From Bacilli bacterium (GTDB taxonomy: Bacteria > Bacillota_I > Bacilli_A > ML615J-28 > CAG-698): a DNA stretch of 64,000 bases. The notes below the pieces were generated by a model. The model was not told the origin of the DNA, searched no databases, and was given only the letters and a program-made list of their open reading frames with translations. A program made the translations under genes and the position numbers. Below are positions 20,537-29,720 of the stretch, one piece after another (position 1 is the first letter of the stretch; each line of letters opens with the position of its first letter). Where the stretch lies: NCBI GenBank assembly GCA_017617065.1, contig JAFZWP010000013.1:89808-153807 (forward strand). The letters run 5' to 3'.

Positions 20537-22093
20537 TTAGTTAGTTTGACCTGCAATTGCATCAGCTAATGCTTGTTTTCTTAAACTATATGCTTGTGTA
20601 GCTGCATCTTGAATTGTTTCATATAAAGTAGCATAATGTGCTTCACCCATAAGGATTGCGCCTAAATAGTTTTCTGCTTTAAATGTGTTTTCACCAGCAT
20701 CCCAAGCAACGATTTCTTTGTTGGCTTTGATTGCGCCATTTCTTAATGATTCAGGGAATTCTACAGCGCCATAACCAGGAGCTGAAACTGCATATGGAAT
20801 ATGATCCCAAATTAGGTTTTCACCTTGTCCATTATAACCATAATCAGCAACTGGATATGGATAGTTATTAGCAGACATATATAATTCAGTACTATATTTA
20901 TCGTATAAATCATATCTTGTGATAATTCCATCTTCACCAAAGCTCATGAACTTTAATAATTGATAAGCTGCAGCTTTGTTTTCACAAAGTTGTGAAATAC
21001 CAGCGATATCTGTATTTCCACCAGTTACACCGCTTGGACCAGGATATACATCCCAATCAAACAATAAATCATCCATTACATTTTTGAATGACCATGCTGG
21101 TTCATGCCACATTGCAACTTGACCAGAATATCTAGGGTCATCAGTGCTACCATACCATGCAGCAAGTGTATCAGCATCGATGGCATTAACTAACCAACCA
21201 TCAGCCATTCCTTCTTCCATCTTAGCCATAGCATTGATGAATGCTAAATCATCAAAGTTAAATTTTGTTCCATCAAATCCAACAGCTAACCATTTAGCAC
21301 CTGCTACAGGATCACTCTTCATCTTTAAAACTTTTGGTAATTCGAAATAATACTCTTCTGTTCCGTAAATTCCAATCTTATGTTCAGTTCCTCTAGCTTC
21401 AGTAACAGCTTTTGCGATTGATTCCATTTGTTCCCATGTCCAATCATATTTTGGAGCTTGGATGTTACAAGAAGCTAATAAGTCTTTATTAACGATCCAT
21501 AATTCAGGATAAATGAATGTAGGTAAACAATATCTTTTACCTTCATATAATCCTAAGTTCTTTAAACTATCGAACATATATTTAGCATCATCATCATGAT
21601 CGAAGAAATCACCGATATCAGCTAACATATTATAAGGTAATAAGTTTTCTAATCTGTTGATTAGGAATACATCTGGTAATTGATTTTCTTCTTCACTAGC
21701 AGCAAGTAACGTAATTAAGTTAGTTTCAAATTCATAATCTTCGCCAACTGGCATCATTTCTACTTTAATGTTAGGATATTTTTCCATAAATGCTTGAAGC
21801 ATTAAAGTATCAATTGTTACTACTTCTGGGTCTACCCATTGCCATGTAGCATAAGTTAATGTAATTTCTTTTTCTTGCCAATCTGGAGTACCATTTTTAT
21901 CAGCATCCCAGAATAATTCGTTTTCTGTCCATTGGTGTTCTCCACCTTGACCACTATTGCCGCTATTGCCGCTATTACCACCATTGTTACCTTGGCCACC
22001 ATTTTCTTCACCGCAGGCAACTAATGCTAATACTAGTAAGCAAACGAAGCATAGCATAACAAGTTTAGGTAAAAATTTAATTAATCTTTTCAT
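20537..22093 (-). CDS. Sugar ABC transporter substrate-binding lipoprotein
   Basis: Lipobox ALVAC, Gly/Asn linker, FMEKYPNIKVE, PDVF, WIVNKDL...YDWTWEQ SBP motifs. Confidence 0.88.
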   Translation of the reverse strand: MKRLIKFLPKLVMLCFVCLLVLALVACGEENGGQGNNGGNSGNSGNSGQGGEHQWTENELFWDADKNGTPDWQEKEITLTYATWQWVDPEVVTIDTLMLQAFMEKYPNIKVEMMPVGEDYEFETNLITLLAASEEENQLPDVFLINRLENLLPYNMLADIGDFFDHDDDAKYMFDSLKNLGLYEGKRYCLPTFIYPELWIVNKDLLASCNIQAPKYDWTWEQMESIAKAVTEARGTEHKIGIYGTEEYYFELPKVLKMKSDPVAGAKWLAVGFDGTKFNFDDLAFINAMAKMEEGMADGWLVNAIDADTLAAWYGSTDDPRYSGQVAMWHEPAWSFKNVMDDLLFDWDVYPGPSGVTGGNTDIAGISQLCENKAAAYQLLKFMSFGEDGIITRYDLYDKYSTELYMSANNYPYPVADYGYNGQGENLIWDHIPYAVSAPGYGAVEFPESLRNGAIKANKEIVAWDAGENTFKAENYLGAILMGEAHYATLYETIQDAATQAYSLRKQALADAIAGQTN

Positions 22094-22107
22094 TTTCTTC
22101 TCCTTAC

Positions 22108-23121
22108 TTATTTCATTATTTCTTTAATTAATTCGTCTACTTTGCAAGTAGCGACACAACAGAATCTATCTGCACCACCATAATATACATATAGTGTATC
22201 CCCAACGATTACATTTCCAGTTGGGAATGTGCAGCCGTTATAAAAACCTTTTGTTTCATAATCTTCAGTTGGTTCTAAAATGAAATCTTTAGTTTGACCT
22301 AGTATCTTTTCAGGATCATTTAAGTCAAGTAATAAAGCACCAACTCTATAAGTATCATCTACATCAGATACACCATGATATAAAACTAACCAGCCATCTT
22401 TTGTTTTAAGAGGTGGAGTAGATCCTCCCATTTTCTTCTTCTCCCAATCATTTTTAGGAGTTAAGAACAATTTTGCTTCACCCCAATCTAGACAATTATC
22501 AGAATAATTAATCCACATTGATGGTACATCACAGCCATACTTTGGCCCGTAAGCTTCCATTGGGCGCTCAAATCTTACAAACTTACCATTAATTTTTTCT
22601 GGGAATAAGATAACATCTCTATTATCTGAATCATATTTAGTAATTCTACCTAACTTCTTCCAATGAATTAAATCAGGAGAAATTGCTAAACCTGTTTGAC
22701 TTACGTTCCAACGTAAGCCCGTTGGTAAAAAGTCATTCATTGGTAAGTCAATTGTTACTTTTTTATCTTCACGCCAATATTGACCAGGTGCCCAAGGACG
22801 ATAAGCATATGTTAAGAAGAATTCATTTTCAAACTTAACAAGTCTTGGGTCTTCACAGCAACCAGCATCATAATTATTTGGTGTTGGGGCTAAGACTGGT
22901 TTATCTGAATACCTTTCAAAATGAAAACCATCTTTAGATGTAGCAAGACCTAAATAAATAAAGTGGTCTCTATCGTTACCAGCAGCACGATATAACATAT
23001 AGAATGTGCCATTTTCGTACCATGCAGCAGGATTACATACAACTAATTCTTCCCATTGATTTTTAGGATTGGGTTTTAAGATTGGATTTCCTTCATATTT
23101 TTTTAATCTAAATGGTTCCAT
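22108..23121 (-). CDS. GH130 family mannoside phosphorylase/hydrolase
   Basis: GNPIL, NPAA, CEDPR, NRDVILFPEKING, YHGV, YYGGAD motifs. GAGGTG RBS before the ATG at 23121 (ORF track 23178). Confidence 0.88.
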   Translation of the reverse strand: MEPFRLKKYEGNPILKPNPKNQWEELVVCNPAAWYENGTFYMLYRAAGNDRDHFIYLGLATSKDGFHFERYSDKPVLAPTPNNYDAGCCEDPRLVKFENEFFLTYAYRPWAPGQYWREDKKVTIDLPMNDFLPTGLRWNVSQTGLAISPDLIHWKKLGRITKYDSDNRDVILFPEKINGKFVRFERPMEAYGPKYGCDVPSMWINYSDNCLDWGEAKLFLTPKNDWEKKKMGGSTPPLKTKDGWLVLYHGVSDVDDTYRVGALLLDLNDPEKILGQTKDFILEPTEDYETKGFYNGCTFPTGNVIVGDTLYVYYGGADRFCCVATCKVDELIKEIMK

Positions 23122-23131
23122 TACTTCACCT

Positions 23132-25192
23132 CTATTCAATAATAAATGCAATATCATTTGTAAATGCTGGAAAATCAATTACTACGTTTCCACCACTTAC
23201 ACTAATATTCTTTTCTAATAACTGGTAACCTGTATCAGTATTATAAATTGTTAGTTTATAATTACCATCAGTAAATGGAATTGATACATTAATGCCATTT
23301 AATTCACCAGTAGCATTATTATATTTCCATGCTTTATCATAAACATAACCATAAATTCGATTATCAAATCTATAACCAATTAGACCAACGCTATCTGATT
23401 TAGTTACTCCATTTAAAGTTCTAAGTTGAGTATAATCAGCTCCACTTAAATTAAGTAGTTTAGCATAAGCGCCAGCACCGGCGAATTGATGATATAAATT
23501 ATATGGATGAACATATGAATCCCACCACCAGTTCATAGCACCACCGGCACCACCACCCATCATACCAGCCCAACTTGCTTGTTTTAAGCTAATACCTTTA
23601 GGGTCTAAACGATAATTGTTTTGTCCATTTTCCCAGTCGATACCAATTTCAGCGTATAAGACTGGTTTTTTGTATTGGTTATATAGTCTATCTTGAACAC
23701 TAGGAAGTGCTTCACAGATATTTTTATTTGCATATCCATAATTATGTGGACATACATAATCAATTTCATCTAAAGAGAATGCTAAACCTTGTTCAGTTTT
23801 ATATGATGTAGATATCATATGGTTATATGGGTCATTTTGTCTAATGAATGTAGCCATTTCTTTATGCCAATTTTTAATGTTTACTGCGTAAATTTCAGCG
23901 TTATCTGTCCAGTCTACTTCATTAAATAATTCCCAACACATAATTTTATCTGAGTAGCCGTATCTTGCTAAAATGTATTTTAATTCATTCTTATAAACTG
24001 TTTTAGCTTGGAAATCAGTAAAGAATTTTTCTGGTTTATCTAAGATTCCGCCATTCTTTACATTGTATGGATTTGATGCCCATTCCGCATTAGTTTGACT
24101 TGAGAATTGACCATGATTGATAAGTGTAAGCATTACATAAATATCAAATTGTTCCGCATACTCAATAGTCCTATCAAGTCTACCAGCAAATGCAAGACGA
24201 TCACTTAAATCATAAATGCTCTTACCCCAATGTAGACAGAATCCCCAAGTAGCCATCCATATACGAGCTATATTCATATTGTTATTGTGAGAATTTAAGA
24301 ACCATACATAGTAGTCATAAATCTTACGAGAATTATTAGTCCACCAACCAATATTTTCTCCAATTGGCATGAATGTAGATCCATCTTCATATTGGAATAC
24401 ACGGTTATTAGTTTTATCTACTTGAATTTGACCTTTATACTCTAAGTCACTATCAGCTACAGTAATTTTGCCATTTAATTCTTCGTATACACCATCTGCA
24501 ACCGCTACATAGATTTTATAATTCCATTCACCAGCTTCATCTGGTCTAAAACGTATACGATATTCCGGATCACCTGTAAGTTTAGTAATTTCCAAACCAT
24601 TAGGTTCACCTTCTACAGCGTTACCTGTATTGATAAAAGTATCTAGACTAATTACATAATCGCGATACCAGAAAGCATCCACAACCATTGATTTACCAGA
24701 TGGAGAAACAAATTCACCATATACATCGATGGCATTATAATCGAAAGGATTATAGTGATCTTTAATAAATCCTGGATTTCTTTCTTCTAAGCAAAGTTCA
24801 ACTTTTTCATGAACTGTAGGAGTTGTGGTGATTTCACTTACTCCACAAAACAAACTAGTTCTATTAATCATTCTTTCCTTTACATTAATCTCATATTCTT
24901 GAGTTGTATCTTCTACTTTTATATAGATGGTAACAGTTCCTTTAGCAATACCGCTAACGACTCCATCTTCTACTGTAGCGATGGTAGGATCACTACTAGA
25001 CCATAGAGGCACTTCTTCACTTCCATCTACTTTTGCAGATAACGTTATGGTTTCACCTACATAAACGTTACTCGCTCCGCTTATAGAAATAATTATTTTT
25101 GATTCCGGCTCGTCTACCTCGCACCCTACAAGCACTAAAGCAAAGATACAAGCAATTACCAAGAACAGTAATTTCTTTATCCTTCCGACCAT
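23132..25192 (-). CDS. GH5-type endo-beta-mannanase candidate lipoprotein (Big_2 + DUF5060 + clan GH-A domain)
   Basis: Lipobox VLVGC; DUF5060-like IRFRPDEAGEWNY; acid/base WELFNEVD; nucleophile YAEIG; AMNWWW. Substrate is inferred from context. Confidence 0.75.
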   Translation of the reverse strand: MVGRIKKLLFLVIACIFALVLVGCEVDEPESKIIISISGASNVYVGETITLSAKVDGSEEVPLWSSSDPTIATVEDGVVSGIAKGTVTIYIKVEDTTQEYEINVKERMINRTSLFCGVSEITTTPTVHEKVELCLEERNPGFIKDHYNPFDYNAIDVYGEFVSPSGKSMVVDAFWYRDYVISLDTFINTGNAVEGEPNGLEITKLTGDPEYRIRFRPDEAGEWNYKIYVAVADGVYEELNGKITVADSDLEYKGQIQVDKTNNRVFQYEDGSTFMPIGENIGWWTNNSRKIYDYYVWFLNSHNNNMNIARIWMATWGFCLHWGKSIYDLSDRLAFAGRLDRTIEYAEQFDIYVMLTLINHGQFSSQTNAEWASNPYNVKNGGILDKPEKFFTDFQAKTVYKNELKYILARYGYSDKIMCWELFNEVDWTDNAEIYAVNIKNWHKEMATFIRQNDPYNHMISTSYKTEQGLAFSLDEIDYVCPHNYGYANKNICEALPSVQDRLYNQYKKPVLYAEIGIDWENGQNNYRLDPKGISLKQASWAGMMGGGAGGAMNWWWDSYVHPYNLYHQFAGAGAYAKLLNLSGADYTQLRTLNGVTKSDSVGLIGYRFDNRIYGYVYDKAWKYNNATGELNGINVSIPFTDGNYKLTIYNTDTGYQLLEKNISVSGGNVVIDFPAFTNDIAFIIE

Positions 25193-25194
25193 TT

Positions 25195-26211
25195 TTATCT
25201 ACCTAAATCGGCATCTCTACCAATACCTTCGTGATTTTCTTTAATATATTTAACTACTTCATCTACAGTTGTAAAGGCTAAAGCTAAATATGTATCCGCA
25301 GCACCATAATAAATAGCAATTCTTCCTGTTGCTGCATCAACTAAACTAGTGCAAGGGAAGCAAACATTAGGAACAAAACCAACTTCTTCGTATGGAGCTT
25401 CTGGTGTCATCAAATAATATTTGCAACGATATTTCACAATTGAAGGTTCATCTTTATCAAGGATTACACCACCAATGCTATAAACATAACCATTACAATT
25501 ATTAATAACACCATGGTAGAACATCAACCAACCATCTTCAATTTCAATTGGAGCAGGGCCGCCACCAATTTTAAGCCCTTGCCACCAGCCATTGCCACCT
25601 TTTTCCATAACGTGGCGATGACGTCCCCAATATCTCATATCAGGACTTTCCGAAATGAAGATATCACCGAATGGTGTATGACCATTATCCGATACTCTGC
25701 TAATTAACTTATACATACCATTTACTTTACGTGGGAATAATACACCATTTCTGTTAAATGGAAGTAATGGATTTTCTAATCTAACAAATGTCTTAAAGTC
25801 ATATGTTCTAGCAATTCCAAGTGCTGGGCCATAAAACTCTGTACACCAAATAATATAATATGCATCTTCTACCTTAACTAATCTTGGATCATATGCATAA
25901 TATGGACGATATGGTTTACCATCTTCATCCACAAAATTAATTTCATGATCATCAATTTTCCAATTGATTCCATCATCACTATATCCCATTCTAAGATGAG
26001 GAAGACTAGCGATAGTTTCAGCTCTAAATACACCGATGAATTTACCATCTTTATAAATAACACCGCTATTAAATATTCTAGCTATTTTATCTACTGGATG
26101 ACGGTTAATAACTGGATTACCAGAATAACGCCAAATGGGACCAGGGCAGTTAGCTGGTTTATCTTCCCATGGAAGATTAGGAATGTTTTGTTCTCCTAGT
26201 GTCTTAATCAT
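25195..26211 (-). CDS. Beta-1,4-mannooligosaccharide phosphorylase (GH130, RaMP2/TM1225-like)
   Basis: IPNLPWED...WRYSGNPVI...FNS, YDPR, PFNRNGVLFPRK, SDNGHTPFGDI, GFVPNVCFPC, YYGAADT. Confidence 0.92.
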   Translation of the reverse strand: MIKTLGEQNIPNLPWEDKPANCPGPIWRYSGNPVINRHPVDKIARIFNSGVIYKDGKFIGVFRAETIASLPHLRMGYSDDGINWKIDDHEINFVDEDGKPYRPYYAYDPRLVKVEDAYYIIWCTEFYGPALGIARTYDFKTFVRLENPLLPFNRNGVLFPRKVNGMYKLISRVSDNGHTPFGDIFISESPDMRYWGRHRHVMEKGGNGWWQGLKIGGGPAPIEIEDGWLMFYHGVINNCNGYVYSIGGVILDKDEPSIVKYRCKYYLMTPEAPYEEVGFVPNVCFPCTSLVDAATGRIAIYYGAADTYLALAFTTVDEVVKYIKENHEGIGRDADLGR

Positions 26212-27229
26212 TGTTGCTCTCCTTATTTATATCTTTTATTGAATCACGTTCAATTAATGTCGTCTTAATTAATATACGATTGTATCTCTTGATTGGATTA
26301 TCAATCTTTTTAATGATTACTTTACATGCTACATCAACCATTTCATCTACGTTATTATCAACTGTAGTAATTTGTGGATTAGAACGAGTTGAAAACTTCG
26401 TATTGTCAAAACTTGCTACCGATATATCATCTGGCACTTTATAGCCTACCTCCTGAAGTAGTTTTATTAAATCATAAGCTACTTGGTCATTATTACAAAC
26501 AAAGGCGGAAGGCATATTTTCTGGTAAGGATAGTTTAATAAATTCACCATCATCATCTCTATCACTAATAATTAATTTATTATCAAGAACTAACTTATTA
26601 GCTAACATTCCTCTACAATATCCTAAGAACCTATCTTGGATTGAGGATGTAGAGTAGATGTTCCCCACAAACCCAATTTTCTTGTGGCCTTTTCTAATAA
26701 GTAATTCTGTTAAATTCCAACCTGAATAAAAGTTATCAGTTACAACGCAATCTACTTGCGTGTTGTTTAAATAAAAATCAAAGAATATTACTGGTATATC
26801 TGATTCTTCGAATAGTTTTAAATAACTATCACTTAATTGTCCCATGACAATTAAGCCATCGACTTTATGATCAATATAAATCTCTGGAAGTTTTAAATCT
26901 TTTTCATCTTGCGGTTGAATAACTTCTAGAATTGAAGAATAACCAAGACTAGTAAGTTTAGTTACTACTTTAATGTATACACCGAAGTAATAAGAACTAT
27001 CAGAACCTACATACCTATTAGGAATAATAACCCCTACATTATAGTTTTTATTAGTCTTTAGCCCTCTAGCAGCAGGGTTTACACGATATCCAAGTTCATT
27101 TGCTTTATCTTTAATTTCTTTTCTTAGTTCATCGCTAACGCCCGCTTTATCATTAAGCGCTTTGGAAACAGTAACTTTACTGACTCCGAACATCCTAGCG
27201 ATTTCTTCCATGCTTACTTTAGGACGCAT
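26204..27229 (-). CDS. LacI-family transcriptional regulator
   Basis: HTH SMEEIARMFGVSKVTVSKALN; sugar-binding domain (FVCNNDQVA, VPDDISVASFD). ORF-track start is 27238. Confidence 0.93.
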   Translation of the reverse strand: MRPKVSMEEIARMFGVSKVTVSKALNDKAGVSDELRKEIKDKANELGYRVNPAARGLKTNKNYNVGVIIPNRYVGSDSSYYFGVYIKVVTKLTSLGYSSILEVIQPQDEKDLKLPEIYIDHKVDGLIVMGQLSDSYLKLFEESDIPVIFFDFYLNNTQVDCVVTDNFYSGWNLTELLIRKGHKKIGFVGNIYSTSSIQDRFLGYCRGMLANKLVLDNKLIISDRDDDGEFIKLSLPENMPSAFVCNNDQVAYDLIKLLQEVGYKVPDDISVASFDNTKFSTRSNPQITTVDNNVDEMVDVACKVIIKKIDNPIKRYNRILIKTTLIERDSIKDINKESNND

Positions 27230-27237
27230 AACTACCA

Positions 27238-29706
27238 CTAAAAACTATCAATTAGATTGATAATCTTAATATCCCTTTCTTTAATATTTTTGTTTGATTT
27301 AAATTTGATCACTTTTTCTTCTCCCTTATAAAGGTTAAAGAAATTATCATCAAAGATTACATCAGTGTTCTTTAAATCAACCCATACATATTTAGTATAA
27401 GTATCACTTACTAAATGTATTAAATATTCATCATCTTTCTTTTCTAGATAATACTTAATATTAGGCTTTGCTAATTCTAAATATTTATCCCTAACAAATG
27501 ATGCATAATTTTCAAATACGCCTTCATTTGTCTTTACTATTACTCTTAAATAACAATTAGTTTGTTCTTTAAAACTTAAATCAAATTCTAATTTTTCTAA
27601 GTCTAGTTTAGAATAACTACCTACTTTTAATTCTTTTGCACCACTTTGTAAGATGTTACCATCAAAATCACAAAGCATCCATTTGTAACTACCTACTAGC
27701 TCATTCTTAGTTTCATTAGTAATTACAATCTTAGCTTCTTGATGGCCAGCATCTACTGTATAATCAAGGCTAGCTGAAGATGATTCTTCAACACTTACAA
27801 TGATTGGTGCATAAAACCTTTTTGAATAATACTGTAATGCTTTATAGCGATCATAATAATCAATACTACTCCAAGAAGCTACTGGCCAACAATCATTTAG
27901 TTGCCAATAAATTGCACCCATACAACGTGGATAATTTCTTCTTAAATGTTCAACACAATATCTAACAGCTTCTGCTTGAATAAGCTCTGATACATAAGCA
28001 ATATATTCTAAATTCTTAGGATATTTAAACATTGAGCCAATGTAATTCATTATCTTTTGGTTAGCACTTCTATTCTTTTGATGTCTTTCCATCACATAAG
28101 AATAAATGTTTCTATCTTCTGGATTTGTAAATGAATTAATTGTTTTCATACAAGGGAATGATTGCATTCCAAATTCACTTAACATTCTTGGATAAATTGT
28201 TCTGTATGCTTCAATTGGTTTATTACCATGCCATACATCCCAATAATGAACATCACCACGACTATCACTATTTGGATCATCAAAGCCTCCACCACTTGAT
28301 GGACTTGATGGCCAGTAGAAAATATCTGGGGCTACACTATTAACTAAGCTAGGAATGAGTTCTTCATATTGATATAAATACCATTTCTTTGTGTATTCAG
28401 GTGATGGTATTCCCCAATTTAGAGCGGCTGTTTCATTTTCATTGTTCCCGCAAATCAACATTAAACTTGCATGATTATGAATTCTTTTTAAGTTATCGAT
28501 GATTTCAGCTTTAATTTCAGTTACAAACAACTCATTTTCCATATTGTAGTATCCACAAGCAAACATTAAGTCTTGCCATACTAAAATACCAGCTTCATCG
28601 CACAAATCATAAAATTCATCACTTGGGTATAATGCTCCACCCCATACTCTAATACAATTCTGATTGCCTTCAATCATCGCCTTAATCAAAAATCTTGTAT
28701 GATTAATATCTTTATGAGGTGAAATATTATCTTCAATTATATAATCAGATCCTTTAATGAATACATCTTGGCCATTTACACAAACTGTGAAAGACTCGCC
28801 ATATTCATCTTTAATTCTTTTAATCTTGATATCACGTAAACCAATACGTTGTTTAAATGTATCTACAACTTTGTCTTTATAAATTAGTTTTACTTCTAAA
28901 TCATATAGTGGTTGATCACCATATCCAACTGGATACCATAATGACGGATTCTTAATATCAATATTAAATTCATTATGATCTAATGCTTTTTCTTCTTTTG
29001 TTACCCTAAAGTTAGTATTCGTAACACTAACTACTAATTTAGTATCTTTTACTAATAAATGATTATTAACTTTGATATTTAGTTTAGACACATCTTTATT
29101 TGTATCCTGGTAAACTAATACATCATCGATTCTTCCTTTATCAATTATTTCAAGGAAGCATTTTCTCCAAATACCACCATCGGGCATTTGTGGACCCCAG
29201 TCCCAGCCAAACATACAATGAGCTTTACGGATATTGGCATATCCTTTAACAGCATATTGCATATTCATTAATTGATGAGTGTTCTTTTTATCTTCTTCTT
29301 TGATAAATTCAAGACATGATTTAATTACTACCTTTAAACTATTTTCACCCACACGAATATAATCATTAATATTAATTATATACCTGCGGTGCATATTATA
29401 AGTTTTAGTAACTAAATAATCATTTACATAAATTTCAGATATTGTATCAATACCTAAAAATACTAAATTGATTTCTTTTCTTAAATCTCTACTAGATAAC
29501 TTAAATGATCTTGAATATGCATAATCATCTTTCATGATATCAAGCATTTTAGCTTCATTAGCTCTAAAGTATGGTTCTTCGATTAATTTATAGTGAAGTA
29601 GATCACTATAAATAGATCCTGGAACTTTTACTTTTAAGTTAGATACATTGTACCTAGCTAAAGCATCACTATTAAGTTGCCAATTACCATTAAGACTTTT
29701 ACGCAT
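27238..29706 (-). CDS. Beta-mannosidase, GH2
   Basis: IRKAHCMFGWDWGP, RVWGG, WQDLMFAC, CGNNE, GDVHYW, SEFGMQS, YWQLNDCWP motifs. Confidence 0.93.
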   Translation of the reverse strand: MRKSLNGNWQLNSDALARYNVSNLKVKVPGSIYSDLLHYKLIEEPYFRANEAKMLDIMKDDYAYSRSFKLSSRDLRKEINLVFLGIDTISEIYVNDYLVTKTYNMHRRYIININDYIRVGENSLKVVIKSCLEFIKEEDKKNTHQLMNMQYAVKGYANIRKAHCMFGWDWGPQMPDGGIWRKCFLEIIDKGRIDDVLVYQDTNKDVSKLNIKVNNHLLVKDTKLVVSVTNTNFRVTKEEKALDHNEFNIDIKNPSLWYPVGYGDQPLYDLEVKLIYKDKVVDTFKQRIGLRDIKIKRIKDEYGESFTVCVNGQDVFIKGSDYIIEDNISPHKDINHTRFLIKAMIEGNQNCIRVWGGALYPSDEFYDLCDEAGILVWQDLMFACGYYNMENELFVTEIKAEIIDNLKRIHNHASLMLICGNNENETAALNWGIPSPEYTKKWYLYQYEELIPSLVNSVAPDIFYWPSSPSSGGGFDDPNSDSRGDVHYWDVWHGNKPIEAYRTIYPRMLSEFGMQSFPCMKTINSFTNPEDRNIYSYVMERHQKNRSANQKIMNYIGSMFKYPKNLEYIAYVSELIQAEAVRYCVEHLRRNYPRCMGAIYWQLNDCWPVASWSSIDYYDRYKALQYYSKRFYAPIIVSVEESSSASLDYTVDAGHQEAKIVITNETKNELVGSYKWMLCDFDGNILQSGAKELKVGSYSKLDLEKLEFDLSFKEQTNCYLRVIVKTNEGVFENYASFVRDKYLELAKPNIKYYLEKKDDEYLIHLVSDTYTKYVWVDLKNTDVIFDDNFFNLYKGEEKVIKFKSNKNIKERDIKIINLIDSF

Positions 29707-29720
29707 AACTAAATCCTTTT

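Noticed and set aside
21950-21985. 9-bp tandem repeat (ccgctattg) in the SBP gene as a phase-variation tract
   Set aside because: The unit is a multiple of three and encodes a Gly/Asn/Ser linker after the lipobox, so slippage would not switch expression.
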